Shown piece by piece: positions 9,911-19,494 of a stretch of 64,000 nt of DNA (position 1 is its first letter; every line of letters begins with the position of its first letter). The stretch comes from Gemmatimonadaceae bacterium (GTDB lineage Bacteria; Gemmatimonadota; Gemmatimonadetes; Gemmatimonadales; Gemmatimonadaceae), in the NCBI GenBank assembly GCA_036374155.1, contig DASUUI010000020.1, positions 109 through 64,108 of the forward strand, read 5' to 3'. The notes below the pieces were generated by a model. It was not told the DNA's origin and did not search any database. It saw nothing but the letters and a program-made list of their open reading frames with translations. The translations under genes were made by a program, and so were the position numbers.

Positions 9911-10968
9911 TCCTCGTCGGTCTCATCGCATTCGCGGCCGGGTTCGCCGCCTGCGCGTCTCCGGGAATGCCTCCGGGCGGACCGGTGGATACCGCGGCGC
10001 CCGTTCTGATCGGCGTCGCGCCCGAGAGCGGTTCGGTACGCAGCTCACCGCGGGCGGTCGTGTTTCGCTTCGACGAGGTCGTGAACGAGCGCCCCCCTTC
10101 GGCGCCCAGTCTGACGAACTTCTTCATCATCTCGCCGCAGGACGGCTCGCCGAACGTCGACTGGAGCCGGTCGGAAATCAACGTGCGCCCGCGGCGGGGG
10201 TGGAGAGCGAACACCACCTATACCGTCACGATGCTGCCGGGGATAGCCGACCTGCGCGGCAACGTCAGCAATGCAGGTGCGGTCGTGGTCTTCTCCACGG
10301 GCGCCGAGATCCCGCAAACCCGCATTGGCGGCCGCGCGTTCGACTGGAGCGCGGGCACGCCTGCCGTGAATGCGCTCGTTCAGGCGATCACCCCGGACAG
10401 CGTCATCTACAGCACGATGGCGGATTCCTCCGGCAGCTTCACGCTCGCCCACTTGCCGCCGGGTCAGTACGTGCTGCAGGCGATCATGGACGAGAACCGA
10501 AACCGCGCGCTCGATCCCAGAGAGCGGTTCGACAGCACTACCGTGGTGCTCCGTGACACGCTGACGACGGACCTTCTCGCGTTCGTGCGCGACAGCATTC
10601 CACCGCGGCTCGCTTCTGCCAGCGCGCTGGACTCCGTGAACGTGGCGCTCAATTTCGATCTGCCGCTCGACCCGTCGCAGACCTTCGAAACGAGCCAGTT
10701 CAGCCTGTTGGGCCCGGATTCAGCCGCTGTGATCGTCCGCGCCGCAGTCGTGGTCGAGCCGGATACGCCCGCGGTTCGGTTGCCGCGCCCGATGCCGCCG
10801 CGCGCAATCAGGTTGAGGGTCGTGCAGCTGCAGAAGGATGCGTCCTACAGGGTGAGTGTCACCGGCGTCCGGGGGCTCACGGGCGTAACCGGTCCTTCCG
10901 AGCGGCAGTTCCGGACTCCGCCGGAGTTCATCCCGGACACCGCAGCCGCCGGGCCGCCGTCACCGTGA
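9898..10968 (+). CDS. Ig-like (SbsA/Big_5-type) domain lipoprotein
   Basis: GTG 9898 gives VRRLILVGLIAFAAGFAAC, a signal peptide with a lipobox. An Ig-like segment and a carboxypeptidase-regulatory-like segment (SGSFTLAHLPPGQYVLQAIMDENRN) follow. The tracked 674-aa ORF from 8944 is an artefact overlapping valS. Confidence 0.7.
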   Translation: MRRLILVGLIAFAAGFAACASPGMPPGGPVDTAAPVLIGVAPESGSVRSSPRAVVFRFDEVVNERPPSAPSLTNFFIISPQDGSPNVDWSRSEINVRPRRGWRANTTYTVTMLPGIADLRGNVSNAGAVVVFSTGAEIPQTRIGGRAFDWSAGTPAVNALVQAITPDSVIYSTMADSSGSFTLAHLPPGQYVLQAIMDENRNRALDPRERFDSTTVVLRDTLTTDLLAFVRDSIPPRLASASALDSVNVALNFDLPLDPSQTFETSQFSLLGPDSAAVIVRAAVVVEPDTPAVRLPRPMPPRAIRLRVVQLQKDASYRVSVTGVRGLTGVTGPSERQFRTPPEFIPDTAAAGPPSP

Positions 10969-12386
10969 CGAACACGCGCTCGAGCGCAGAAGTCGCGGCT
11001 GAGTCGACGGCGCAGGATCCGCACGACAGCCGCTCGGGGCGACGCGCGCTGCCCAGCGTCTCTTCCCTGCTGGCGCGCCCCGACATCAGCGGAATGGTTC
11101 CGGAGTCGCAGCGGGACACGCTCACCGCTGCAGTGCGCGCTGCCATCGCTGCGGTGCGTGAAGGAGCGCGGTCGCTCCCGGCGCGCGATGACTGGCCCGT
11201 GGCGGTAGCCGCAGAGCTCGCCGCAATGCGGCGGTCGTCTTTGCGGCCCGTGCTCAACGCCACGGGGATCGTGCTGCACACCAATCTCGGAAGGGCACCG
11301 CTGCCTGCCGCCGCGACAGCTGCCATGCAAGCGGTCGCCTCCGGCTTTTCCACTCTGGAGTACGACGTGAGCACGGGCGAGCGGGGCTCCCGGGACGTGC
11401 ACTGTCTGCCGCTGCTCCGTGAGCTGACCGGCGCCGAGGATGCGCTCGTCGTCAACAACTGCGCGGCCGCGATCGTTCTGGCACTGCACACGCTCGCCGC
11501 CAACCGGGAAGTGATTATCTCACGGGGCGAGCTGATCGAGATCGGCGGCAGTTTCCGCATTCCCGACATAATGGCCAGCAGCACGGCAAGGCTCGTCGAG
11601 ATCGGGACCACCAACCGGACGCACCCGCTCGACTACCGCGCGGCGCTGACCGCGAGCACCGCCGCCATCGTGAAGGTGCACCGCAGCAACTTCGCGCAGT
11701 CGGGCTATACCGCGGAGGTTGCCCTCGAGGAGCTGGCGCCGCTGGCGAGCGAGCGCGGGATCCCACTGATCTTCGACCTAGGCAGTGGCCTGCTCATTTC
11801 ACTGGAGCGGTTCGGCCTGGGCGGCGAGCCGACTGCCGGCAGCGCCGTGGCTGCCGGCGCCGACCTCGTTGTCATGAGCGGCGACAAGCTGCTCGGGGGA
11901 CCGCAGGCCGGCATCGTGGTGGGGCGCGCCGACCTCGTCGCACGGCTGCGGAAAAACCCGATGGCGCGCGCGTTCCGCGCAGACAAGCTCACCCTCGCGG
12001 CACTCGAGGCAACGCTGCGGCTGTATCGCGATCCGGACCATGCCGTGCGTGAGATTCCCACGCTGGCGATGCTGTGCGCACCCGCCGATCGGATTCACGC
12101 CCGCGCGGAGGCCCTCGCGCGCCGGCTCGCTGAGCAGGGCCATCGCGTGGAGGTGACGGCAACCCGCGCGGCGGTCGGAGCCGGCGCGTTCCCAGCTCAG
12201 GAGCTGCCGTCTGCAGCGGTTGCGGTGGCCGGGAACGCGGGCGACATCGCAGCCAGGCTCCGCGCGGGAGCGACACCGGTGGCAGCGCGGATCCACGACG
12301 GGCGCGTCCTGCTGGACCTGCGCAGCATCCCGGAGAAGGACGACACCGCCCTCGCCGAGGCCGTCGCCAGCGCGCTCGCGGCGTGA
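10965..12386 (+). CDS. selA: L-seryl-tRNA(Sec) selenium transferase
   Basis: Segments match SelA closely: VLHTNLGRAPL, VNNCAAAIVLAL, and the PLP-lysine context SGDKLLGGPQAGIVVGRADLVARLRKNPMARAFRADKLTLAALEATLRLY. The GTGA start/stop overlaps the upstream gene. Confidence 0.9.
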   Translation: MTNTRSSAEVAAESTAQDPHDSRSGRRALPSVSSLLARPDISGMVPESQRDTLTAAVRAAIAAVREGARSLPARDDWPVAVAAELAAMRRSSLRPVLNATGIVLHTNLGRAPLPAAATAAMQAVASGFSTLEYDVSTGERGSRDVHCLPLLRELTGAEDALVVNNCAAAIVLALHTLAANREVIISRGELIEIGGSFRIPDIMASSTARLVEIGTTNRTHPLDYRAALTASTAAIVKVHRSNFAQSGYTAEVALEELAPLASERGIPLIFDLGSGLLISLERFGLGGEPTAGSAVAAGADLVVMSGDKLLGGPQAGIVVGRADLVARLRKNPMARAFRADKLTLAALEATLRLYRDPDHAVREIPTLAMLCAPADRIHARAEALARRLAEQGHRVEVTATRAAVGAGAFPAQELPSAAVAVAGNAGDIAARLRAGATPVAARIHDGRVLLDLRSIPEKDDTALAEAVASALAA

Positions 12387-12940
12387 ACACGCCAGCCATC
12401 GCGTTCCTCGACAGGGACGGCACCATAATACGCGATGTGCACTACATCTCGGATCCCGCTGCCGTCGAGCTGATCGAGGGCGCCGCCGAAGCGATCGCGC
12501 GGTTGAACACAGCCGGAGTTCCGGTGGTGGTAGTCACCAACCAGTCGGGGATCGGACGCGGCTATTACGACGTGGAGGACTACGAGCGCGTGCACGCCCG
12601 GATGCTGGACCTTCTGGCTGGCGCAGGAGCGCGCATTGACGCGAGCTATTACTGCCCGCACGCGCCGGATCTCGTGCCACCCTGCGACTGTCGCAAACCG
12701 CGGGCAGCGCTCTTCGAGCGGGCCCTCGCAGACAGCGGCGCCGAGCCGCGCGACGCGTGGTATGTCGGTGACCGCCTGCGCGACATCACGCCCGCGCTCG
12801 TTCTCGGCGGCCAGGGGATCCTGCTCGTCGGCGAGGACACACCCGCCAGCGAGGCAGAGGAGGCTGAGCGCGAGGCACGCACCGCGCGCAGCCTCGCCGA
12901 GGCCGTGGACGTCATCCTCGGCACCGCCGCGGATCGATGA
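12383..12940 (+). CDS. gmhB: D-glycero-beta-D-manno-heptose 1,7-bisphosphate 7-phosphatase / HAD-IIIA phosphatase
   Basis: HAD motif I FLDRDGT, plus VVVTNQSGIGRGYY and the CDCRKP zinc-loop typical of GmhB. Confidence 0.8.
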   Translation: MNTPAIAFLDRDGTIIRDVHYISDPAAVELIEGAAEAIARLNTAGVPVVVVTNQSGIGRGYYDVEDYERVHARMLDLLAGAGARIDASYYCPHAPDLVPPCDCRKPRAALFERALADSGAEPRDAWYVGDRLRDITPALVLGGQGILLVGEDTPASEAEEAEREARTARSLAEAVDVILGTAADR

Positions 12941-13536
12941 CCCAGTCGCGCAGGGCACGAGTCGCGGTTTTCGCGTCCGGGGCTGGCTCGAACCTTGGCG
13001 CAATCCTCGAGCACCTCGACCGGCTTGGCGACGAGCGGGCCGGTGAGGTCGTTCTCGTGGTCTCCGACCGGCCCACTGCCGGCGCGCTCGAGCGCGCGCG
13101 GACGCGTGGCATTTCCACGGCCGTGCTGCAGGATGCCTCCGACAGCGCCAGCATCATCGCGTTGCTCGCCGCCGCTCAGGTGGATCTCATAGCGCTCGCG
13201 GGGTACATCCGCCTGCTTCCGTCGCAAGTCGTCGCCGAATACCGTAACCGGGTCCTCAACGTGCATCCTGCCCCCCTCCCCCAATTCGGCGGCCACGGGA
13301 TGTACGGGCGCCGGGTGCACGAAGCCGTGCTCGCGGCGGGTGTGAGTGAGAGCGGCGTGACCGTACACTTCGTGGACGAGGAGTACGACCGCGGCGCCGT
13401 GCTGGCTCACTGGCCCGTGCCCGTTCTTCCGGGGGATACCGCGGAAACGCTCGCGCAGCGTGTGCTCGCGGCCGAGCATGTCGTTTATCCCCGGATTCTC
13501 GAGTTGGTCGCTGCCCTGACACCACCAAGGAACTGA
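12937..13536 (+). CDS. purN: phosphoribosylglycinamide formyltransferase
   Basis: 199 aa with VAVFASGAGSNLGAIL and NVHPAPLPQFGGHG. Confidence 0.92.
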   Translation: MTQSRRARVAVFASGAGSNLGAILEHLDRLGDERAGEVVLVVSDRPTAGALERARTRGISTAVLQDASDSASIIALLAAAQVDLIALAGYIRLLPSQVVAEYRNRVLNVHPAPLPQFGGHGMYGRRVHEAVLAAGVSESGVTVHFVDEEYDRGAVLAHWPVPVLPGDTAETLAQRVLAAEHVVYPRILELVAALTPPRN

Positions 13537-13539
13537 CGC

Positions 13540-15072
13540 ATGCCCCGAGCGTTGCTCTCTGTATCTGACAAGACCGGCCTCACGGATTTCGCGCGCGAGC
13601 TCGCCTCACGGGGCTGGGAGCTTGTCTCCACCGGAGGCACCGCCAAAGCGCTGCGCGATGCAGGGCTTCCCGTCGTCGAAGCGGGAGATGTCACCGGAGT
13701 GGCGGAGATGCTCGACGGGCGGGTGAAGACGCTGCACCCCGCGATCCACGGCGGAATCCTGGCGCGCCGCGACCTGCCGGAGCACATGGACGCGATCGCC
13801 GAAGCCGGAATCGCGCCCATCGACCTGGTGGTCGTCAACCTCTATCCGTTCGCAGCGACCGCTGCCCGCCAGGGCGTCACTCCTGAGCAGGTCATCGAGC
13901 AGATCGACATAGGCGGGCCGTCCATGCTGCGCTCCGCGGCCAAGAATTTCGCAGCTGTGACGGTCGTAGTGGACCCGGCCGATTATGCGCGAGTGCTGGC
14001 AACCCTCGAGGGCGGAGAGGAGGCTGCCGACCTCCGCCGCGAGCTCGCCGAGAAGGTCTTCGCGCACACTGCAGGTTACGACGCGGCAATCGCGCAGTGG
14101 TTCGGGGGCGCTCGCGGCGAGCTGTTCCCCGAGCGCCTCACGTCGTCGCTGGAGCGGCAGCAGCTGCTTCGCTACGGCGAGAATCCCGGCCAGCGCGCCG
14201 CATTCTACATCGAGCGGAGCGGCAGCGGTCTCGCGGCGCTCGCGCAGCGGGGCGGCAAGGAGCTCTCCTTCAACAACCTGCTCGACCTCGAGGGCGCGCT
14301 GTTCGCAACCGATGCCTTTCGGGGCGAGACGTGCTGCGCCATCGTGAAGCACACGACACCGTGCGGGCTTGCCACGGGTGAGTCGGCGATCGCCGCCTAC
14401 CGGAAAGCCCTCGCCTGCGACCCCGTCTCCGCCTTCGGCTCGGTCATCTCGTTCACCACCGAAGTCGATGCCGAGGCCGCCTCGGCGGTCGCTTCGCTGT
14501 TCGTGGAGTGCATCGTCGCTCCGTCTTTCGTGCCGGAGGCGATCGAGATCCTGGCGCGCAAGAAGAACCTTCGCGTCCTCGAAGGAACCGCCACCTGGGA
14601 GCGCAACGCGCTCGATTCCAAACGCGTGCGCGGTGGCGTTCTGGTACAGGAGCGCGCTCCGACGGTCACCGACCCCACCCAGTGGTCAGTGGTCACAGAG
14701 CGGCATCCGTCGGACGAGGAGCGGGAGAACCTCTTTTTCGCGTGGCGCGCGGTGGGTGCGGTCAAGTCGAACGCGATCGTGCTGGCCCGCGACGGCGCGA
14801 CGATCGGAATCGGCGCCGGTCAGATGTCGCGCGTGGACGCTGCCTTTCTTGCCGTCCACAAGGCCGGCGTCGCGGGACATGCGACGGAGGGTGCCGTGCT
14901 CGGCTCCGATGCGTTCTTCCCGTTCCGTGACGGGATCGATCAGGCCGCGGAAGCCGGCGTTCGCGCCATAGTGCAGCCGGGCGGGTCGGTGCGGGACGAG
15001 GAAGTGATCGCCGCTGCCAATGAGCATCAGATGACGATGGTGTTCACCGGCCAGCGCCAGTTCCGACACTAG
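13540..15072 (+). CDS. purH: bifunctional AICAR transformylase / IMP cyclohydrolase
   Basis: 510 aa with the MGS-like N-terminus RALLSVSDKTGL, VVVNLYPF, and C-terminal GQMSRVDA...VQPGGSVRD. Confidence 0.96.
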   Translation: MPRALLSVSDKTGLTDFARELASRGWELVSTGGTAKALRDAGLPVVEAGDVTGVAEMLDGRVKTLHPAIHGGILARRDLPEHMDAIAEAGIAPIDLVVVNLYPFAATAARQGVTPEQVIEQIDIGGPSMLRSAAKNFAAVTVVVDPADYARVLATLEGGEEAADLRRELAEKVFAHTAGYDAAIAQWFGGARGELFPERLTSSLERQQLLRYGENPGQRAAFYIERSGSGLAALAQRGGKELSFNNLLDLEGALFATDAFRGETCCAIVKHTTPCGLATGESAIAAYRKALACDPVSAFGSVISFTTEVDAEAASAVASLFVECIVAPSFVPEAIEILARKKNLRVLEGTATWERNALDSKRVRGGVLVQERAPTVTDPTQWSVVTERHPSDEERENLFFAWRAVGAVKSNAIVLARDGATIGIGAGQMSRVDAAFLAVHKAGVAGHATEGAVLGSDAFFPFRDGIDQAAEAGVRAIVQPGGSVRDEEVIAAANEHQMTMVFTGQRQFRH

Positions 15073-15105
15073 CGGTCCGGGGCTTAGCTTAAGCGCTCCT
15101 CGCCA

Positions 15106-17400
15106 ATGACAGCCACAGCCAGCCGTACGTCCCGGGCCGGGATCGCAGAGCTCGACTACCGTCCTTCCTACAAGGCGGCTGCCGTCGCATCCGCAGCCGT
15201 GATGCTCCTGTATCTGGTGACCCTGTCGCCGTCCACGGCGATGTGGGACACGAGCGAGTACATAGCCGCCGCGTACATCATGGGGATCCCGCACCCGCCG
15301 GGGAACCCTCTCTTCGTTCTGATCGGCCGTGTCTTCTCGATCTTGCCGATCGCACCGAACGTGGCGATGCGCATCAACATTCTCGCCGCGCTCTCGAGCG
15401 CCATCTCGGCGGGGATGTGGTTCCTGATCGCGGAGCGCGTGCTCGTCGCGTGGCTGCCGCACCGCTGGCAGCGGATCGTCGGCGGCTCGCTGGCCGCGCT
15501 GATCGGCGCCACGGCGTTCACCGTCTGGGCGCAGTCGGTCGTCAACGAGAAGGTTTATACGGTGTCGCTCGTGGGGATGGCGATCTCCGCGTGGCTCACC
15601 GTGCGCTGGTGCGACGATCCCGACGGCCGCAAGGCGGATCGCCTGCTCGTGCTGATCGCCTTCATCAGCGGGCTTGGGTACGCCAATCACATGGCCGGGT
15701 TTCTCGTCCTCCCGGCTGTGGCGATCGCGGTCCTTATCAGGCGGCCGCGCACGATCGTCCGGTGGCGACTGCTGCTCGCAGTGGCAGGTGCGTTGATACT
15801 CGGGATGACACCGTACGCCACCCAGCCGATACGAGCCGCGTACTTCCCCGCCATCAACGAAGGCGAGCCGACCGGGTGCGAGACGCAGATCGGCGTGGAT
15901 TGCACCTTCTCGCAGCTCACCTGGCAGCGGTTCAAGTACAATTTCGACCGGGAGCAGTACGGCAAGCCGTCGCTTGGCGAACGGCAGGCACCGTTCTCCG
16001 CACAGGTCGGGATGTGGTGGCTGTACTTCAAGTGGCAGTGGCTGCGCGATCACTGGGAGAGGCGCCCCGGGGTGCAGACTGCCCTCGCCGTCATCTTCCT
16101 CTTCCTTGGCGGCCTCGGCGGCTACGTCCACTGGAAGCGCGACAGGCGCTCATTCTGGTTCTTCGGCCCGCTCGTGTTCACGGTCACGCTGGGGCTGATC
16201 TACTACATGAACTTCAAGTACGGGTACTCGCAGGCTCCCGAGCTTGGCGATTCCGTGCCCCGAGAGGTTCGCGACCGCGACTACTTCTACCTGTGGAGCT
16301 TCTCCACCTGGAGCGTGTGGGCGGCGCTGGGGATGATATGGGTGTGGGAATCGCTGGCCGCGCTCGCGGGAGCCGAGGAGGTGCGCCTCGGCGGCCAGAC
16401 GATCGTCACGCCGCGACAGAAGAGCTGGTTCGCCGCTTCACCGGTTCTCGGGCTCGCGCTGATTCCGCTGTTCGCCAACTGGAATGCCGCGAGCCGGAGC
16501 GGTGAGCACGACACGGCTAATTTTGCGCGCGACCTGCTCAATTCCGTCGAGCCGTATGGGATACTCATCACGGCCGGCGACAACGACACGTTCCCGCTCT
16601 GGTATGCGCAGGAAGTCGAGGGCGTGCGACAGGACGTCGTAGTTGCGAACACGTCGCTGCTCAATACCGACTGGTACACCCGCCAGATCATCCGGCAACC
16701 CGTTCGCGAGTACGACGCCGCACGGGGCCCCGCCATCTACCGCGGGCGCGAGTGGCCCAAGCCGAGCGCACCGCCCGTGAACCTGTCGTTCGCCGAGGCC
16801 GACGCGGTCCCGCTCGCGATGGAGTTGCGTGAACCGCAGATCTTCCGCAAGGAGGGCACGGACCTCACTGCCGTGGTGCGGCCGCGGGACGTCGGCTACG
16901 GCGCCATGGGGCTCACGCGCGCCGATCTGTTCGTGCTGTACATGGTCCGGGATGCGTTTCCGCAGCGGCCGATCTTCTTCAGCCGGACGACGGGCGCGTA
17001 CGCGGAGGAGCTCGGCTTCGGCAGCAACGTCCTCGGCACGGGCCTCGCCCGCAAGCTCCTCCTGCAGGCGCCGACCGCGTCGGACAGCATCAGGTTCATC
17101 CCCGGTGACGGTTGGTTCGACCTGCCGACCTCGCTTCGAATGTGGGAGAGCTACGAGGCGCCCGATGAGATCATCCGCCGCGGCTACTGGGTGGACAAGC
17201 CGTCGGCGAACATACCATATCTGTACATCCGCTCCGGTTTCCTGCTGGCCCAGGCACTGTATGACACGGGGCGGGAGGACGAAGCCCAGGGCGTTTACGA
17301 GGAGATCCGCCGGATCGCCGTGGCATCCGGGCTCGGTGAGACCATTCCCGCAGCCCCGCCGCGACCGACTCTTCCGCTCGGAGCGGACACGGTCCGGTAA
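15106..17400 (+). CDS. DUF2723-type polytopic membrane protein (GT-C-like glycosyltransferase fold, TMEM260-like)
   Basis: 764 aa with many TM helices. The N-terminal motif WDTSEYIAAAYIMGIPHPPGNPLF is typical of DUF2723 as I recall it. Confidence 0.7.
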   Translation: MTATASRTSRAGIAELDYRPSYKAAAVASAAVMLLYLVTLSPSTAMWDTSEYIAAAYIMGIPHPPGNPLFVLIGRVFSILPIAPNVAMRINILAALSSAISAGMWFLIAERVLVAWLPHRWQRIVGGSLAALIGATAFTVWAQSVVNEKVYTVSLVGMAISAWLTVRWCDDPDGRKADRLLVLIAFISGLGYANHMAGFLVLPAVAIAVLIRRPRTIVRWRLLLAVAGALILGMTPYATQPIRAAYFPAINEGEPTGCETQIGVDCTFSQLTWQRFKYNFDREQYGKPSLGERQAPFSAQVGMWWLYFKWQWLRDHWERRPGVQTALAVIFLFLGGLGGYVHWKRDRRSFWFFGPLVFTVTLGLIYYMNFKYGYSQAPELGDSVPREVRDRDYFYLWSFSTWSVWAALGMIWVWESLAALAGAEEVRLGGQTIVTPRQKSWFAASPVLGLALIPLFANWNAASRSGEHDTANFARDLLNSVEPYGILITAGDNDTFPLWYAQEVEGVRQDVVVANTSLLNTDWYTRQIIRQPVREYDAARGPAIYRGREWPKPSAPPVNLSFAEADAVPLAMELREPQIFRKEGTDLTAVVRPRDVGYGAMGLTRADLFVLYMVRDAFPQRPIFFSRTTGAYAEELGFGSNVLGTGLARKLLLQAPTASDSIRFIPGDGWFDLPTSLRMWESYEAPDEIIRRGYWVDKPSANIPYLYIRSGFLLAQALYDTGREDEAQGVYEEIRRIAVASGLGETIPAAPPRPTLPLGADTVR

Positions 17401-17512
17401 CGCTCGCTGGCGACTGGTGGCAGCGTGATGAGTCCATCACCGCACGTCAGCACCGGTCACCGTCGGCCGCAGGGATACAAAAACGGGCAGTTTTGTGCGA
17501 TTTTTCGACTCC

Positions 17513-17596
17513 GGAGGGCTAGACCTAATTGGTAAGGCAGCGGTCTTGAAAACCGCCGTCCGCAAGGACTTCGGGGTTCGAGTCCCCGGCCCTCCG
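17513..17596 (+). tRNA. tRNA-Ser (anticodon UGA)
   Basis: Acceptor stem GGAGGGC/GCCCTCC, anticodon arm GCGGT-CUUGAAA-ACCGC, long variable arm (GTCC-GCAA-GGAC), T arm CGGGG-TTCGAGT-CCCCG and discriminator G. No CCA is encoded. Confidence 0.9.
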
Positions 17597-17761
17597 CTCC
17601 GAGCCCGCCTGTCCCTGGCGACCCTGCTCCGGCGTGCCGCCCCGGCAAACCGTGAGGCATATTTCGGGGCCAAAGTAGTGGCATGAACCGCGCAGAGAGA
17701 CGCGCGGAACCCCGGGAGACGCCCGCTGGTCTCCCTCGCTGTTCTCTACTTCGGAGGGAAA

Positions 17762-17998
17762 ATGGCTGACGTACAGATCCAGCAGACTCCTGAACGTGGC
17801 GGCGGCTCGACCGTGGCCTGGGTGGTCGTGGTGCTGCTCCTGGTGGCGGTGATCGTCTGGTTCGTCTTCATGCGCGGCGACACCGTCGCTGACGAGCCGG
17901 CAGCGGTGGACGTGAACATCACAGCCCCCGCCCCGAGCGGCGATGCGGGCGGAACGGCCCCGGCGCCGTCAGAGCCGGCCCCACCGGGGAACCCGTAA
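17762..17998 (+). CDS. small single-pass membrane protein, unknown function
   Basis: 78 aa. A GGAGGG SD lies 5 nt upstream, followed by one clear TM helix (VAWVVVVLLLVAVIVWFVF) and a Pro/Ala-rich tail. Confidence 0.55.
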   Translation: MADVQIQQTPERGGGSTVAWVVVVLLLVAVIVWFVFMRGDTVADEPAAVDVNITAPAPSGDAGGTAPAPSEPAPPGNP

Positions 17999-18028
17999 GC
18001 TCAGTCCAATCGGCGTGACCGGCGAAGG

Positions 18029-18052
18029 GTGAGGTCGCCCGACCTCACTTTT
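18029..18052 (+). terminator. rho-independent terminator-like hairpin
   Basis: GTGAGGTCG-CC-CGACCTCAC followed by TTTT. It overlaps the stop codon of the convergent antiporter gene. Confidence 0.55.
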
Positions 18053-19331
18053 CGCCGGTCGTCCTCCGGTCCGGCACCATCCGCCGCTCGGCGCCGGCGA
18101 CCAGGTCATCCACTCCCCCGCTGCCGGGACGATCCTCCCGGTCCGGCGTGCGCTGCACCGCCAGATGCTTGAGCAGCGGCGGGGCAATGAACGTGGTGAC
18201 CATGACCATCAGCGTGAGCGCGCTGAACAGCGGCACCGTCAGCACCCCTCTGCTCAGCCCCATCTGCGCGAAGATCAGTCCCACTTCCCCTCGTGGGATC
18301 ATCGCGGCCCCGACGACCCGCCGGTCTCCCTTGAACGACAGCGCCGCGTAGCCCGACAGATACTTGCCGAGCACCCCCACGACGATCAGGGCGCCGCCGA
18401 CCATCAGGATGTGCGCGTCAGCGAACGTCGTCACGTCCACCGCTGCGCCGACGTAGGCGAAGAACACGGGAACGAAAAAGTGACCTATCTCCGTCGTCGC
18501 GCGCTCGACGAGCTTGCGCTGCGGCGTCTGGTGGAGCACGAGGCCCGCTGCGAAGGCGCCAATGATCAGCGCCGAGCCGGCCATCTCCGCCAGCCACGCC
18601 AGCGTGAAGGCGAAGGCGAGGCCGAACAGCCCCAGCGTGCCGGCGACCTCGATCCGCTCGATCATGCGGAACACCGGCGGAACGAGCAGCCTTCCCACGA
18701 ACAGCGCTGCGGCGATGAAACCGAACGCGACCACTGTCTTCCAGACGATTCCACCGATGCTGAGCCCATCTCCGCCCGCGAGTGTGCTCACCACGGAGAG
18801 GATTATCAGGCCTATCACGTCGTCGAATACGGCGGCGCCGAGAACGACGCGCCCCTCGGGAGTCTGCAGCTGCCCCAGATCGGCCAGCACCCGCGCGGAG
18901 ATCCCTATGGACGTCGCGGTGAGCGCTGCCCCGCACACGATGGCCTGCAGCGTGGTGAGGCCAAGCATCACGGCGACCGCATAACCGCCGGCGAACGGAA
19001 GGACGACGCCTACTATCCCGACGGACCCGGCGGCCCGCCACACCCTGCCCAGAGCCGCCAGCTCGGTGTGCAGCCCGATCTCGAACAGCAGGATCAGCAC
19101 GCCCAGCTCCGCCAGCGTCGAGATGACTTCGTCGCCGGGCTGGATGATCCCGAGGAGCGACGTCCCGAGGATGACGCCCGCGAGCAGCTCGCCAAGGACG
19201 GTCGGCTGGCCCACACGCTGAACCAGCGCGCCAGCGAGCTTCGTGGCGACGATTATCGCGATGATTGTCGCGAGCGTGTGTGGAAAGTCGTGCACGGTGA
19301 TTAATGAGTATCGGGCGCAGGATTGTCGCAA
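18045..19331 (-). CDS. cation:proton antiporter (CPA2 / Kef-type Na+/H+ exchanger family)
   Basis: About 12 TM helices. The N-terminal motif is QPTVLGELLAGVILG. The alternative start GTG 19295 (VHDFPH) is equally plausible. Confidence 0.8.
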   Translation of the reverse strand: MRQSCARYSLITVHDFPHTLATIIAIIVATKLAGALVQRVGQPTVLGELLAGVILGTSLLGIIQPGDEVISTLAELGVLILLFEIGLHTELAALGRVWRAAGSVGIVGVVLPFAGGYAVAVMLGLTTLQAIVCGAALTATSIGISARVLADLGQLQTPEGRVVLGAAVFDDVIGLIILSVVSTLAGGDGLSIGGIVWKTVVAFGFIAAALFVGRLLVPPVFRMIERIEVAGTLGLFGLAFAFTLAWLAEMAGSALIIGAFAAGLVLHQTPQRKLVERATTEIGHFFVPVFFAYVGAAVDVTTFADAHILMVGGALIVVGVLGKYLSGYAALSFKGDRRVVGAAMIPRGEVGLIFAQMGLSRGVLTVPLFSALTLMVMVTTFIAPPLLKHLAVQRTPDREDRPGSGGVDDLVAGAERRMVPDRRTTGEK

Positions 19332-19494
19332 GCCGCGCGCCGCAAAGCGCTGAGCGCGAATTCCCGCGCGGAATCATGCGCGTTCTTGCGGCCCGCGGCG
19401 GCATTGACACTGCCGCGCGCGCGCACGAGTGTTCGCCCGTTCGGTGGACTCTGATCCTTCGCGCGCCTCGCGGCGCAGGAGCGCTCCGCAACAA

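Noticed and set aside
8944-10968. 674-aa ORF suggesting a large protein overlapping the valS 3' half.
   Set aside because: The first ~320 codons are the Arg-rich alternative frame of valS. A GTG at 9898 gives a proper lipoprotein signal peptide and a 13-nt overlap with the valS stop.
17513-17596. Possible tRNA-Sec, prompted by selA nearby. The reverse complement of the anticodon loop reads UUUCAAG, which would give a UCA anticodon.
   Set aside because: The canonical T-loop (TTCGAGT), the 7-bp acceptor stem and the D/variable arms only form on the plus strand, where the anticodon is UGA (Ser). The anticodon arm matches that of E. coli tRNA-Ser(UGA), and the 7/5 acceptor/T geometry is not the 8/5 of bacterial tRNA-Sec.
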